From NCBI GenBank assembly GCA_910587555.1, contig CAJULV010000002.1, forward strand, positions 62,008 through 126,007: a DNA stretch of 64,000 nt, written 5' to 3'. The DNA is from an uncultured Acetatifactor sp. (lineage in GTDB: Bacteria > Bacillota > Clostridia > Lachnospirales > Lachnospiraceae). The position numbers and the translations under genes are program-made. The notes under the pieces were generated by a model. It was given only the letters and a program-made list of their open reading frames with translations. It ran no database searches and was not told where the DNA came from. Within the stretch, counting starts at the first letter, position 1. The number at the start of each line of letters is the position of its first letter. Of the stretch, positions 8,990 to 20,900 are shown piece by piece.

Positions 8990-11185
8990 TTAATTACGTT
9001 TTGGGGTAAAAATTCTTCGTTTACACCTTGCTTCCATATCTCTGGCCACGGGCATGGGCAGGCGCACGATTTCCAGCCGTACCCTGAATATATTGGTCTC
9101 TTTCCTCTCCAGCCGTTCCAGATTCACGTTGATATTGGGGTCCTCCGTGGCAAAGACCAGGCTGGGGCAGTCTCTCTCCCCGTCCTTGTCAGCCGGACTC
9201 ACGATACTCCCGTTTACGTAGAGGAGCTTCCGTTTATGCAGCGGCACCGTGGCCCCGTTGAATGTCATCTCCCGCACCTTCACCGCACAGGGGTACATTC
9301 CCGGGTCAATGCGCAGCATCTTCACGTCTCCGCCTACCTTCAACTCCAGCGCAATCAGCCAGTCTCCCTGGTAAGCTTCCCTCACGAAATAGGACTCCTC
9401 CTCCTTATATCCCTCTCCCCTGTCTTCATATATCTGGACCCGGTTCACATCCTGGGAATCCTGGTACTTTTCCAGCCAGTCCTGAGGCCTCATGACGCGG
9501 CAGCCGATTTTCTCCCGCATCTCTGCCATCGAAGAACGGTTTCCCGTCACAAATCGCTGAAAGTCACCTTCTTCCTCCCAGAATTCCTTCACCTCACGCT
9601 CCGTAACGGCCAGTTCATCCCTAATCCAATTCAAGCTGATCTTCTTCCGCTTCTCGTCCTCCAGCAGATACCAGTACGCCGCCCGGAAGGCAAGGCGCTT
9701 CATATCCATGGGCTTGCCGAAGGTCCATTCATAGTCAATCAGGGTCCACCTTCCGTCCAGCAGTTCACTCTCCGGATAATCCCGGAAGCATGTCCTGTCC
9801 TGTTCCGGCATTTCCCCCTGTCCCGGTACGCCCTCACCCTTCGGGCCGATCAGAATATTTCCGAATACCAGGTCGAAGTCTGCCGCCGGATACCCGCTGT
9901 TATAGCCCACCCGCTGGACAAACTGCCTGAAATACCTGCGGAAGGCCTCCGTATCATTCCTGTCCAGGCATCTGTCCAGCAGCTCCAGCAGAGAGATTCC
10001 CCGCACAAATTCAAACTGTGCGCAGAGCTGCCCGTCCACCTCCACCAGCTCGCATTCGTTGATTTCCAGTTTTCCTCCCCGGTACCGCTCCTTCAGGCTC
10101 TCACAGGCTGCCGCCATCCCCCGCACATGCTCCTCCGCAGCCTCCCCCATGGGATACTTCCTGACAAGGTCCGTCTCCTGGCGGTTCCCGAACCAGCTCC
10201 TGAGAATTTCTGTCCGAACAGCGTATTCCGGCGCCCTGTCATTGGAATATTTCACATATTTCACGTCGAACCCACGGCCAATGACCGCCACATAGGAATT
10301 GGAAAACAGCGGGAACAGCCCGTCCTCCGCGATTCCGTCGAAGGCGTTTTTCTCGTTGAACAGAAGCAGCCTGTCGCTGTCGAAATTCCGTAAATTATTA
10401 AACAGTTCCCCTTTACCGGGCAGATATTCGTCGCTGTACAATGCCGTCATAAACTTGTAATCCGGATAGGGATAATAAAAATGATATTCCCCCGCCCCGC
10501 AGTTCAGAAAGATGCGCTCCAACCCGTTTCTGCTGAAGGTACGCACGTCCCCGCCCGATACATAATTTTCAATGCCTGAAAAATAAGTGCCCAGATGATC
10601 TTCCCGGCACCCCGCAAAATATTTTAACCCGTACTTGTTTTCTATGGCTATCACGATCCGCCCGCCGGGAGCCAGATGGGTGAAAAGCTTCGTCAGATAT
10701 GTCTCGTAAGGCCTGTCGCCGCCCATATAGCTCCTGCCGTATTCAAATACACCGATAAGGCAGATATAATCAAAATCCCGGTCCAGCCCCGGCTCTATGT
10801 CCTGAAAGTTTCCCACATGAATGGTAATATTATCGCATTCCCTGTGCCGGTAAGCGTTGATAAGGCTCCGTTTTTTCGATAAATCCAGACAGGTTACGCT
10901 TCCCGCCTTCCTGGAAAGCGCACCGGTTATGGCCCCGCAGCCGCTGCCTACCTCCAGCACCTTGCATCCCCTGTGCATGGGAATCCAGTCCACTATATTT
11001 TCACGCAGCGGGGACAGATGGTACAGAAACGGCCAGGACTTCCGCTCCTCTATCACCGCATCGTATTCGGATGAGGATTTGCTCTTTACGATGTCCAGCA
11101 GCGCGTCCTCCACAGCCCCCTCGCTGTAATAATCTTTTCCTGAATACTGGCTGTAATCCAGTTTTACCTTGCCGATTTCTTCCAT
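8990..11185 (-). CDS. Class I SAM-dependent methyltransferase with a kinase-like middle domain (possible glycan chain terminator)
   Basis: VLEVGSGCG SAM motif; later DFDLVFGNILI...LIDYEW; adjacent to wzm/wzt. Confidence 0.8.
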   Translation of the reverse strand: MEEIGKVKLDYSQYSGKDYYSEGAVEDALLDIVKSKSSSEYDAVIEERKSWPFLYHLSPLRENIVDWIPMHRGCKVLEVGSGCGAITGALSRKAGSVTCLDLSKKRSLINAYRHRECDNITIHVGNFQDIEPGLDRDFDYICLIGVFEYGRSYMGGDRPYETYLTKLFTHLAPGGRIVIAIENKYGLKYFAGCREDHLGTYFSGIENYVSGGDVRTFSRNGLERIFLNCGAGEYHFYYPYPDYKFMTALYSDEYLPGKGELFNNLRNFDSDRLLLFNEKNAFDGIAEDGLFPLFSNSYVAVIGRGFDVKYVKYSNDRAPEYAVRTEILRSWFGNRQETDLVRKYPMGEAAEEHVRGMAAACESLKERYRGGKLEINECELVEVDGQLCAQFEFVRGISLLELLDRCLDRNDTEAFRRYFRQFVQRVGYNSGYPAADFDLVFGNILIGPKGEGVPGQGEMPEQDRTCFRDYPESELLDGRWTLIDYEWTFGKPMDMKRLAFRAAYWYLLEDEKRKKISLNWIRDELAVTEREVKEFWEEEGDFQRFVTGNRSSMAEMREKIGCRVMRPQDWLEKYQDSQDVNRVQIYEDRGEGYKEEESYFVREAYQGDWLIALELKVGGDVKMLRIDPGMYPCAVKVREMTFNGATVPLHKRKLLYVNGSIVSPADKDGERDCPSLVFATEDPNINVNLERLERKETNIFRVRLEIVRLPMPVARDMEARCKRRIFTPKRN

Positions 11186-11274
11186 ATCATACTCCCTGCC
11201 CGCTCCGACGGGCATTCATCCCCAAATGCGGACGCACGCTTTCTTCATGCCTACCGGGGACGGAAGCGCCGCTC

Positions 11275-12606
11275 TCAGCCGCTGCCTGCCTCCGCCGGTG
11301 CATCCGTCACCGTGACCCGGGATTCCATGTCATAATATCCCACGGTATCCTTATCTGACACTACTGTCACATCCATCACATCATACAGTCTGTGATACAC
11401 TTCAAATGTATCTCCGTTGTATCCTGTCACCCCCAGGGACAGCAGATACTCCCCGCCCTGGAGGGTCATCTTCTGGGTAAAAGCGATATCCTTCACCTGT
11501 CCCGGCTCCCCGCTTTCCAGGTAAGCCTTCTCTATCATGGTATTGGTTCCCGTAATTTCAATACCTAATACATTTTTAATCGATAACGCAAAAATCGGCG
11601 CCGGCACATGGTCATGGAACCTGACACGCATATGCAGGGTAAATACCGCGCCCTTCAGAATGGCCATCGACCGCACTCCGCGCTCGTCCGTTACGTAATA
11701 ATCCACGATTTCCGCCTGTTTCGTGCCGTATTCCTGGGCATCCGGGTTCACGCCCGCACTACGGAGGGTTTCCGGCGCGCCTGCCTGTCCCTCCGGCTCT
11801 TCCGCCGTGCCGCCGTGCCCTGCCGGGATCTCGTACTGTCCCACCAGCACCCGCTTGTAGGCGTCTATCATTTCCTTGGGAGAACCTTCCCCAAGGAGGT
11901 TTCCCTTATTCAGCAGAAATACCCTGTCGCAGTATTTGCTGATAATGCTCAAATCATGGCTGACAAACACGATGGTCTTTCCCATCTTCTTGAATTCCTC
12001 GAACTTATGGTAGCACTTTGCCTGAAAGAACACATCCCCCACGGAAAGCGCCTCGTCCACAATCAGGATTTCCGGCTCAATATTGATGGCGACCGCAAAA
12101 GCCAGCCGCACGAACATACCGCTGGAATAGGTCTTCACCGGTTGGTTCACATAATCCCCGATATCGGCAAATTCCAGGATTTCCGGCAGCTTGGCATCGA
12201 TTTCCCTGTCCGTAAAGCCCATCATGGTACCGTTGAGGTACACATTTTCGATGCCGTTATATTCCATGTTAAAACCGGCGCCCAACTCCAGAAGCGCCGA
12301 AATCCGCCCCGCCACATGGGTCTCCCCCGCAGTGGGATTAAGCACCCCGGTGATGATTTTCAATATGGTGGACTTGCCTGATCCGTTGGTGCCGATGATG
12401 CCCACAGTCTCGCCGCGGTAAATGTTCATGCTGACGCCGTTTAAGGCATAGTGCAGCTTATGAGCCTGTTTCCTGCCCAGGCCCAGGGATTCCTTTACCC
12501 TGTCCCTGGCCCTGTCATACAGCTTGTACACCTTTACCACATCTTTGATTTCAATTGCAGGGACATCCACCTCCTGCACCTGTATCTTCGTCTCTCTGTC
12601 TTTCAT
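11275..12606 (-). CDS. wzt: Polysaccharide ABC transporter ATPase with C-terminal carbohydrate-binding domain (Wzt)
   Basis: GTNGSGKST, YSSGMFVRLAF, DEALSVGD, C-terminal extension. Confidence 0.93.
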   Translation of the reverse strand: MKDRETKIQVQEVDVPAIEIKDVVKVYKLYDRARDRVKESLGLGRKQAHKLHYALNGVSMNIYRGETVGIIGTNGSGKSTILKIITGVLNPTAGETHVAGRISALLELGAGFNMEYNGIENVYLNGTMMGFTDREIDAKLPEILEFADIGDYVNQPVKTYSSGMFVRLAFAVAINIEPEILIVDEALSVGDVFFQAKCYHKFEEFKKMGKTIVFVSHDLSIISKYCDRVFLLNKGNLLGEGSPKEMIDAYKRVLVGQYEIPAGHGGTAEEPEGQAGAPETLRSAGVNPDAQEYGTKQAEIVDYYVTDERGVRSMAILKGAVFTLHMRVRFHDHVPAPIFALSIKNVLGIEITGTNTMIEKAYLESGEPGQVKDIAFTQKMTLQGGEYLLSLGVTGYNGDTFEVYHRLYDVMDVTVVSDKDTVGYYDMESRVTVTDAPAEAGSG

Positions 12607-12621
12607 GATACCCCCAGGCAA

Positions 12622-13605
12622 CTACAAAACATCCGCAAAATGCACCTTCAGCCGCCGGAACACTGCCGCCCCCAGGCCGAACAGCGCCACCGTCACAATC
12701 CAGAAATACATGGTGGAGAAAAAATCCTGGAAAAACCACTGCCTCCCATATATGGCGCTGCGGTATCCTTCCACCACATACACCAGCGGATTCAGCTTCA
12801 GCACAAGCACCCATCCCGCCGGCGCCGCTTCGATATTCCACAGGATAGGGGTAGCCCAGATCCCAATCTGCAGCACGATGTTGATAATCTGCGTCAAATC
12901 CTTAAAAAAGACCACGACGGAACAGCTCGCATAGCAGAGCGCCAACACAAAAATAAACAGACAGAAACTGTAATATACCACCTGGACCGTATATACGGTT
13001 GGGTAATATCCGTACAGCGCGGCCACAAGCAGCAGTACTCCCACAAAAAAAACATGAATAAAAGTTGCCGCTATGATTTTGATAATAGGAAGAATGCTGA
13101 TCTTAAATACGACCTTCTTCACCAGATAGTCGTATTCCCGCAGGGCATTTGTGCCGTTATTCAGGGCCTCGTTAAAATAGAACCAGGGCACCAGCCCGGC
13201 AGTCAGAAAAAGCACAAAGGGTATCCCCTCCGCCCCACGGCCCGCATTCCCCATCAGCTTGTCAAATACAATGTAGTACATTCCCACGGTCACCACCGGC
13301 TGCGCCAGTGCCCAGACCGCTCCCATATAGGAACCCGCATAACGTTTTTTAAAATCGTTTTTCGCCAGCTTCCAGATCAGATGCCTGCTCTGGTACAGCT
13401 CCACCGGAATCGTGGTAAATTTCTCATACCATTTCGCAAACACGACACATGCGGCAAGAATCAGTATACAGGAAATAATTTTCTTCAGCAGTTCCTCCTG
13501 CGGGTTTGCGCCTGGCCCGGGATTCTGGTGCAGAACAATGAGCAGTCCCATCAATATCCCTATGGATGAAAATATGGCAATTCCGCCTTTTTTGCTTATC
13601 TTCAT
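12622..13605 (-). CDS. wzm: Polysaccharide ABC transporter permease (Wzm)
   Basis: KNDFKKRYAGSYMGAVW, LVKKVVF, TPILW, LNPL ABC2 motifs. Confidence 0.93.
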   Translation of the reverse strand: MKISKKGGIAIFSSIGILMGLLIVLHQNPGPGANPQEELLKKIISCILILAACVVFAKWYEKFTTIPVELYQSRHLIWKLAKNDFKKRYAGSYMGAVWALAQPVVTVGMYYIVFDKLMGNAGRGAEGIPFVLFLTAGLVPWFYFNEALNNGTNALREYDYLVKKVVFKISILPIIKIIAATFIHVFFVGVLLLVAALYGYYPTVYTVQVVYYSFCLFIFVLALCYASCSVVVFFKDLTQIINIVLQIGIWATPILWNIEAAPAGWVLVLKLNPLVYVVEGYRSAIYGRQWFFQDFFSTMYFWIVTVALFGLGAAVFRRLKVHFADVL

Positions 13606-13713
13606 AGTTAAACCCCTTACCTCGCTCCCGCTGTCCGCCCCGGGTATTCCGCCATCCTGACGCAGCTGCCCGGCTCATCATGCGCAGACAATCATTTGGC
13701 CGTTACCCGGGGA

Positions 13714-14271
13714 CTAAAATTTCTTCTCGCATTGGGCAAGCCCGCCCCAGCTTCTGTCACGCTCCACCATCACCAGCTCCATTCCCTCCGGAATCGGCCA
13801 CTCTATGCCGATGGCAGGGTCATTGTACAGCAGCCCGCCCTCATCGCCGGGATGATAAAATTCCGTACATTTATAGCAAAATTCCGCGTAATCGGAAAGC
13901 ACCAGATAGCCGTGCGCAAAATCCTTCGGTATAAAAAACTGCTTCTTGTTCTCCTCGGAGAGTACAACCCCGAACCACTTGCCGAAAGTAGGAGAACCTT
14001 TCCTCAAATCCACGGCCACATCAAATACCTCGCCCCGGATCGCCCGTACCAGCTTGTCCTGGGGGAATTCTTTCTGGAAATGAAGGCCTCGCAGCACACC
14101 GCGCCTTCCGGAAGACTGGTTGTCCTGCACAAATACCTGGTCAATCCCCGCCGCCTTGTAGTCCTCATACTGATAAGACTCAAAAAAATATCCCCTTTCG
14201 TCTCCGAAAACCTTGGGGGTAATCACCTTTAATCCCTCGATTTCACATGTCTCCACACTGATTTTTCCCAT
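13714..14271 (-). CDS. rmlC: dTDP-4-dehydrorhamnose 3,5-epimerase
   Basis: FGDERGYF, QDNQS, RGLHFQ, FAHGY; start set at ATG 14271. Confidence 0.96.
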   Translation of the reverse strand: MGKISVETCEIEGLKVITPKVFGDERGYFFESYQYEDYKAAGIDQVFVQDNQSSGRRGVLRGLHFQKEFPQDKLVRAIRGEVFDVAVDLRKGSPTFGKWFGVVLSEENKKQFFIPKDFAHGYLVLSDYAEFCYKCTEFYHPGDEGGLLYNDPAIGIEWPIPEGMELVMVERDRSWGGLAQCEKKF

Positions 14272-14381
14272 GTCAAACCCTCCTCGCCGCCTCCGCTGCG
14301 CGCCGGCCGTATCCCCGGCGCCGGCGGAAGCTCTCCGCATTGTATTTTTTCGATGTATCGGTAACTCTCTGTCCGGTCATA

Positions 14382-15653
14382 CTAATTGGGCAAATAACTG
14401 ACATTCATGTCAACATTTCCTTCGATACCGTCCACACTGCCCTGGGATGTATACTGCCACATTTGGTAGTACCCCTGGTATAGCGGCACGCTGCGGTACT
14501 CCGCAAGCCAGATACAATAGTTCTCCAGCTTATTCGCATACAGATAATGATTGTACCAGTTCCGGCTGGCATAGACGCCCGCGGTATAGCCCGCGTTTGC
14601 AATGGTACTGCAGAACGCCTCGCAGACCCTTGTCCTGGTATCCACGTCCAGATTATCCGCCCTTCCGTTTCCTCCTGCGCCCTCGGTATCGATAAATACC
14701 GGATAGTCCAGGTTGTATTCCCGAATCAGCTCCAGTACCGCAGAAGCTTCTTCCACTGCCTCCACCTCGTTTACCGCCTGAGTAAAGAAATAAACGCCCA
14801 CCGGCAGCCCGCTGGCAGCGGCGCCCCGTATATTGGCCTTAAAATTAGGGTCCTCTACCAGGCTGCCCGTCACCGAGCCGCGGTAACCGGCCCGGATAAT
14901 GGCAAATTCCACTCCTGCATTCTGTACTCTGTCCCAGTCAATCTCGCCGTTCCACTTGGAGACATCGATGCCCACCTGCGAATTTGCCGTAGACTTCTGA
15001 ATCTTTTTGATTTCCGTTTTATCCGCGTCCTCCAGGGCATCCATCACGGCCGTATCCTCAGCCTCGGCGTCAATCTCCTCCTCTGTCTTGATCAAAAGGG
15101 AAATATCGTCGATGGCCACATACTCCACCTTGTCCTTCACCCGCACCCTGGTCTCGTTGGCCGGCACGCGGTAGCCTTCCATGGGCATCAGCTCCACATA
15201 ATACTCTCCCGCCGGCAGGTCGCCGATATAGATAATGCCGTCCTTATCCAGGTCCTTATACTCTCCAAGGCCTTCCAGTTCCACAAAAAAGCTTTTCCCC
15301 GTCACCGGGTTCCCCTTTGTGTCCACAATCTGGATGCGGAGATCCTTCTCCACGGAAGTCACCACCAGCGACAGCCTGGCCGCATTATCCTTCGCCGCCT
15401 CCAGGACGGGATTCACTTCCTGGTCAAAAAAAGTATTGTCCCTGAGAAACGCCGACAGATCGTCTCCTATCTGTCCCGGCTTCCTGGCCTCCTGCTCCCC
15501 CTCATCCTCCTGCGGCAAGGGACTCTGTGTAGCCTGGGACGCCCTGTTCCCGCTGTTCCCGGGCGGCCTGTTGATATAGAGTACCAGAAGGGACACCAGC
15601 AGGATCACGGCCATGGACGACAGGATTGCCATCCTCCGCAGCTTAGAGTCCAT
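14382..15653 (-). CDS. Membrane-anchored GH25 muramidase (lysozyme)
   Basis: N-terminal TM helix; [22 protein letters not shown] catalytic DxE, WQYTS. Confidence 0.9.
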   Translation of the reverse strand: MDSKLRRMAILSSMAVILLVSLLVLYINRPPGNSGNRASQATQSPLPQEDEGEQEARKPGQIGDDLSAFLRDNTFFDQEVNPVLEAAKDNAARLSLVVTSVEKDLRIQIVDTKGNPVTGKSFFVELEGLGEYKDLDKDGIIYIGDLPAGEYYVELMPMEGYRVPANETRVRVKDKVEYVAIDDISLLIKTEEEIDAEAEDTAVMDALEDADKTEIKKIQKSTANSQVGIDVSKWNGEIDWDRVQNAGVEFAIIRAGYRGSVTGSLVEDPNFKANIRGAAASGLPVGVYFFTQAVNEVEAVEEASAVLELIREYNLDYPVFIDTEGAGGNGRADNLDVDTRTRVCEAFCSTIANAGYTAGVYASRNWYNHYLYANKLENYCIWLAEYRSVPLYQGYYQMWQYTSQGSVDGIEGNVDMNVSYLPN

Positions 15654-16515
15654 TTGCTACCTCTACCAGATATTTTCCGTAATTTGTCTTCATCAGCGGC
15701 TCCGCCAGCTTCAGCAGCTGTTCCTTGTCAATAAAGCCTCTCTTGTACGCGATTTCCTCGATGCAGGAAATATAGAGTCCCTGCCGCTTCTGGAATGCCG
15801 CCACAAAGTCCGCCGCATCCAGCAGCGCATCGTGATTTCCGGTATCCAGCCAGGCAAAGCCCCGTCCCAGAGTCTCTACATGCAGCATCCCCCGCTCCAG
15901 GTAAGCATTGTTGACACTGGTAATCTCCAGCTCCCCCCTGGCTGAAGGCTTCACATTCCTGGCAATCTCGACTACGTTTTCGTCATAAAAATACAGGCCG
16001 GGAACCGCATAATTGCTCCTGGGTTTTTCCGGTTTCTCCTCAATGGAGAGGGCATTGCCGTTCTCGTCAAATTCCACCACGCCGTACTCCCTGGGGTCGC
16101 GGACATAGTAGCCGAAAATGGTAGCTCCTTTTTCCCTGGCAGCCACGCTCTTCAACACCCTGGAAAAACTCTGTCCGTAGAAAATATTATCCCCCAGCAC
16201 CAGCGCCACTCTGTCGTTTCCGATAAAGTCAGCCCCGATCAGGAACGCCTCCGCCAGCCCATTTGGCTGCTCCTGCACCGCATAGGACAGCTCCATCCCA
16301 AGCTGATGCCCGTCTTTTAAAAGCTCCCGGAATACAGGCACATCCCTGGGCGTAGAGATAATCAGAATCTCACGGATTCCCGCCAGCATCAGTGTGGACA
16401 ATGGATAATAAATCATCGGTTTGTCGTACACCGGCATTATCTGTTTGGAAATCGCCTCTGTCAGAGGGTACAGCCTGGTGCCGGAACCCCCCGCCAATAT
16501 AATTCCCTTCATCAA
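15643..16515 (-). CDS. rmlA: Glucose-1-phosphate thymidylyltransferase
   Basis: [37 protein letters not shown]. Confidence 0.97.
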   Translation of the reverse strand: MMKGIILAGGSGTRLYPLTEAISKQIMPVYDKPMIYYPLSTLMLAGIREILIISTPRDVPVFRELLKDGHQLGMELSYAVQEQPNGLAEAFLIGADFIGNDRVALVLGDNIFYGQSFSRVLKSVAAREKGATIFGYYVRDPREYGVVEFDENGNALSIEEKPEKPRSNYAVPGLYFYDENVVEIARNVKPSARGELEITSVNNAYLERGMLHVETLGRGFAWLDTGNHDALLDAADFVAAFQKRQGLYISCIEEIAYKRGFIDKEQLLKLAEPLMKTNYGKYLVEVANGL

Positions 16516-16569
16516 TCTTCCTCCGTTTTCTATCGTTCTTCCTTCGCAGCGAAAAACCCTGCCCGTTTC

Positions 16570-17652
16570 CTACTTTTCGTACATCTCTGTGTAATACTTC
16601 TGGTAATCGCCGCTGGTCACATTCTTCATCCAGTCCTCATGATCGAAATACCACTCAATTGTCTTTCGGATACCGTCTTTAAACATGGTTTCGGGATACC
16701 ATCCGATCTCTGCCTTAATCTTGTCAGGCGCAATGGCATATCTGCGGTCATGGCCCTTGCGGTCCTCCACATACTGAATCAGGTCCGTACTCACATGGGC
16801 TTTTCTGGGATCGGAATCCGGCAGCTTCTCCTGCAGCACTTCTATAATCGTGTGGATAATCTCCAGATTCTGCTTCTCGTTATGCCCGCCGATATTGTAG
16901 GTTTCAAACAGGCGTCCCTGCTCCTGCACCATATCGATGGCCTTGGCATGGTCCTCCACATACAGCCAGTCACGAACATTTTTGCCGTCTCCGTACACCG
17001 GAAGCTTCCTTCCCTGCAGCGCATTGTTGATCATCAGCGGAATCAGCTTTTCCGGGAACTGGTAGGGTCCGTAATTATTGGAGCAGTTGGTGATATTTGC
17101 CGGAAAGTGATAGGTATCCATGTACGATTTCACCAGCATGTCCGACGACGCCTTGCTGGCGGAATAGGGACTGTGGGGGTCATAAGGCGTGGTCTCATAA
17201 AAATAAGCATTCTCATCCTCAGGCAGAGAGCCATACACTTCGTCCGTGGATACATGGAGGAATTTCTTTCCCGTCCGGAAACTCCCGTCCGGCAGCTCCC
17301 AGGCAGCCTTGGCGCAGTTCAGCATCACAGCCGTACCCAGCACATTGGTCTGCACAAAAACCTCCGGATTGCGGATGCTTCTGTCCACATGGCTCTCCGC
17401 CGCAAAATGCACCACCCTGTCAATGTCGTTTTCCGCAAAAATCCCGGCGATGGCTTCCTTGTCGCAGATATCCGCCCTGACGAAGGTATAGTTGGGGCTG
17501 TTCTCGATATCCTTCAGATTCTCCAGATTTCCCGCATAAGTCAGCAGGTCCACATTGATAATGCGGATTTCCTCACCGTATTTCCGAAACATATACTGAA
17601 TATAATTGGAGCCGATAAATCCGGCGCCTCCTGTCACAAGATAAGTTCGCAT
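16570..17652 (-). CDS. rmlB: dTDP-glucose 4,6-dehydratase
   Basis: TGGAGFIG, HFAAESHVDRS, STDEVYG, YSASK; start ATG 17652 with AAGGAG RBS. Confidence 0.97.
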   Translation of the reverse strand: MRTYLVTGGAGFIGSNYIQYMFRKYGEEIRIINVDLLTYAGNLENLKDIENSPNYTFVRADICDKEAIAGIFAENDIDRVVHFAAESHVDRSIRNPEVFVQTNVLGTAVMLNCAKAAWELPDGSFRTGKKFLHVSTDEVYGSLPEDENAYFYETTPYDPHSPYSASKASSDMLVKSYMDTYHFPANITNCSNNYGPYQFPEKLIPLMINNALQGRKLPVYGDGKNVRDWLYVEDHAKAIDMVQEQGRLFETYNIGGHNEKQNLEIIHTIIEVLQEKLPDSDPRKAHVSTDLIQYVEDRKGHDRRYAIAPDKIKAEIGWYPETMFKDGIRKTIEWYFDHEDWMKNVTSGDYQKYYTEMYEK

Positions 17653-17743
17653 TTTTCTACTCCTTTTGTCGTAAAATGTATTTGATATTAGTATTGCTGA
17701 AAAGGAAAGTTCCATACGGCACACAAAACAATCAACTAAACTC

Positions 17744-17772
17744 ATTATACGGACTCTTCCAAATTATGTCAA
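17744..17772 (-). promoter_or_regulatory. Consensus sigmaA promoter for the rmlB operon
   Basis: TTGACA (17772-17767) N17 TATAAT (17749-17744). Confidence 0.9.
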
Positions 17773-17928
17773 TTGTAAAGTCGGCCATTCTTTCCCTGTC
17801 CGATACAGGGCATCTTCCGGTTTATCCGGCCCTCCGCCGTGGATTTTCAAAAAAACAGCCCCAGCAGATACCTCTGCCGAAGCTGCCCTTTTTCACACAT
17901 TATAACCGGTGCGGCGGAAAATGTCCCC

Positions 17929-20900
17929 TTAATATCCAAGATAGCTGATATTGAAATCCACATTTCCGCTGATTCCGCTGACGCTGCCGGTTGACCTGTA
18001 CTGCCACAGGTCGTATCTGCCCTTGTATGTGGGCTTGGCAGCATACTGGGCCAGCCAGATCTTGTAAGCGCTCAGGCTTCCGGTATCAATCTTACTCTCC
18101 AGCCATGTCTTGTTGGCATAAATACCCGCCGTATAGCCGCTGTTCTGGATCGTCTGGCAGAAGGCCTTGCACACTGCGGTCCTGGTGGCCTTATCAATCT
18201 TATCCGCCCGTCCGCCGCTGGCTTCCACATCCAGGAAGACCGGATAGGAAATCTTGTAATTCCTGATCTGATCCAATACCATGGAAGCTTCCTCCACCGC
18301 TTCCGTCTCGTCCACTGCCTGGGAGAAGAAGTATACGCCCACTTTCAGCCCCGCCGCCGTGGCGCCCTTGATATTGGTCTCAAACTTCGGGTCTTCAATC
18401 AGGCTTCCCTGGGTGGAACCTCTGTAGCCACAGCGGATAATCACATAGGAAATGCCGGAATTCTTCACTGCGTTCCAGTCGATTTTGCCGTTCCACTTGG
18501 ATACGTCGATACCCACGGTACCGTTGCTCCCCGTCACCAGGGAACCGTCGCTGGCAAAATTGTATTTCGCGCCCTGGATAATCTGCTCACCGGTAACCTT
18601 GCTGCCGTCTGCCTTGAAATAATATACCTTACCTTCCAGCGTCTGCCATCCGGTGTATTTTGCTTCGCCTTTTATGTAAAATTTATCTGCCGTGTAGTAA
18701 TCCGCCCTGGTAGCTTCCCTGTATTCATTATCCACCAGCACATACAGCTGCTGGCCGCCTGCATCCTTCAGCAAAGTCACATTGTCCTCACGGGGATGCC
18801 TGCGAACCGTGACATTACAGGTTGCGCTCAAGTCCTGGTTCCCGTACCTGCACTTCACGGTTATAACTGCCGTGCCCTCCTTGACGCCTGTAACGGTTAT
18901 CGCTGCCTTATCCACCTTCACTGCGGCAATTCCGGTATCCGAAGATTCCGCCGTCACCTCGGGCAGGCCCGCCAGCGTATTGGAAAACAGTGCGTTAATC
19001 ACCGCAGGTACCTCTGCATACACCGTCAGCGCGGTTTTATCCAGCGTAAGGGTATTGCTGCCCAGGACGCTGACACGTATGGATGCCGTGGCCTGGGTCT
19101 CCGCCCCGCCGTTTTCATAGCTCGCCGCCACTGTAATCAGCGCCGTCCCGTCCGCCACAGCAGTGACATTGATATTACCTGCCGCATCCACCGTTGCCGT
19201 AGCTACTGCCGTATTGCTGGAAACAACCGCATACACAACCTTCTGGCCAGCTGTGAATCCCGCTGCCGTCGCTTTTGCCGCCAGCACATTGCCCGGCACC
19301 GCATTCAGCTCTTCCGGCGTTACCGATACGGTTCCCTTTGCCAGCACCGGGGGTGTCGGCGTCGGCGTTGCTGTCGGAACAGGCGTAGGCGTTGCTGTCG
19401 GAACAGGCGTAGGTGTCGCTGTGGGCGCCTCCGTGGGTTCCGGTGTGGGCGTTGCCGTAGGTTCCGGTGTAGGCGTCGCCGTGGGTTCCGGCGTGGGTGC
19501 CTCTGTGGGTTCTGGCGTGGGCGCCTCCGTGGGTTCCGGTGTGGGTGCCTCTGTGGGTTCTGGCGTGGGTTCCTCCGTGGGATCTGCGGGCGGCTCCTCC
19601 GAGACTTCCGGACTTGAACCCTCCGTGATCGGCACTTCGGATTCCTCCGCACTCAGATACAGCACCCGCTGCGCCGTGGCCACTGCCAGCGTCACGGGAT
19701 CCGGTATGGTATTCTTTGCCACCTCATTGTAAGTAGCCGATATCACCTTGCTCTCCACCCAGGCCACCGTATCCTTCAGCGTGGATTCCACCACTGTCTC
19801 ATTCTTTCTGGTGTCCTCCTTTGCGGCATTGACCTCGCTTTCCTTCTTCACCTCATTTGCCACATTAACCTTTTCGTAGGCAATTTCCTTTTTCACCTCC
19901 ACGGACCGGCTGTCCGTAAAAAGGCTGTAACCCGCATATTTTTTGTCGGTCAGCGGTTCCATTGCCACCTGATATGTGCCGGGCTTAAGTTCTTTCTTAT
20001 GGATAATTCCGTCCATATCATCATCGGACCAAATCTGCGACTTCCCGTCAGGGTCGGTAACCGTTACGGAGAAGGGGACGTTTGCCACCAGTTTATCCGA
20101 TTTTTTGTTGATGAATTTTATCTTTAAATCCTTTTGAACCGATGTAAAACTCGGCTCTACGGATACTTCCCGCTCGTAGCCGTTCTCGTGATAGCCGTCA
20201 TCGGGTTCTTCCTCCGGAGCCGGCGTCTCCGCATTGAGCCTGGCCATCTGCACGCCTGCCACAGCCAGCAGCCCGCTCTCGCCTATCATGTTAATTCCTT
20301 CCAGCTCCCTGCCTACATCGGCAAAGCTGGCAATCTGCTTTTTATTGGTATTAATACGGATAAATATGCCGCCTGTCACAATGGCCAGCACCAGTACCGC
20401 CACACCGGTTATCACCATCACCCTGTCCATGACATCCATGCCGCGGACGGCGCTTCCCAGCCTTGCAAAAAGTCCGCCTCCCCCACCGCTGCCTGCGGTC
20501 TGCCTGTTCCTGCCCGCTGCCTGCTTATTCGCTGCCGGCTTCGCCGGACGTGCAGCCCCGCGATTCCCTGCCCTGCTGTGGTTTCCGGCGGGCGTTACCG
20601 CATTTTCCTGCCAGAAATCGCCCTCCTCTTCCTGCGTATCACGAAATGCTGCCTGCCTGCCATACGGTTCGGCTCCGTTTTCCGCCTCGAAACCATAGCG
20701 ATCGGCGGCCGCATCGTCATACCGCTCATCCGTATAACCGCCTGCCAGGTCCCGGGATGCCGGTTCCTCTTCATACCAGATATCCCCCGACTCTCCGGAA
20801 GCAAAATCCCCGTTCTCCGCATTCACAGCTTCATCCGGCCCATAATATACCCCGTCCGCTTCCATGGCTTCATCCGGCTCATAGTACACCTCATCCGCTT

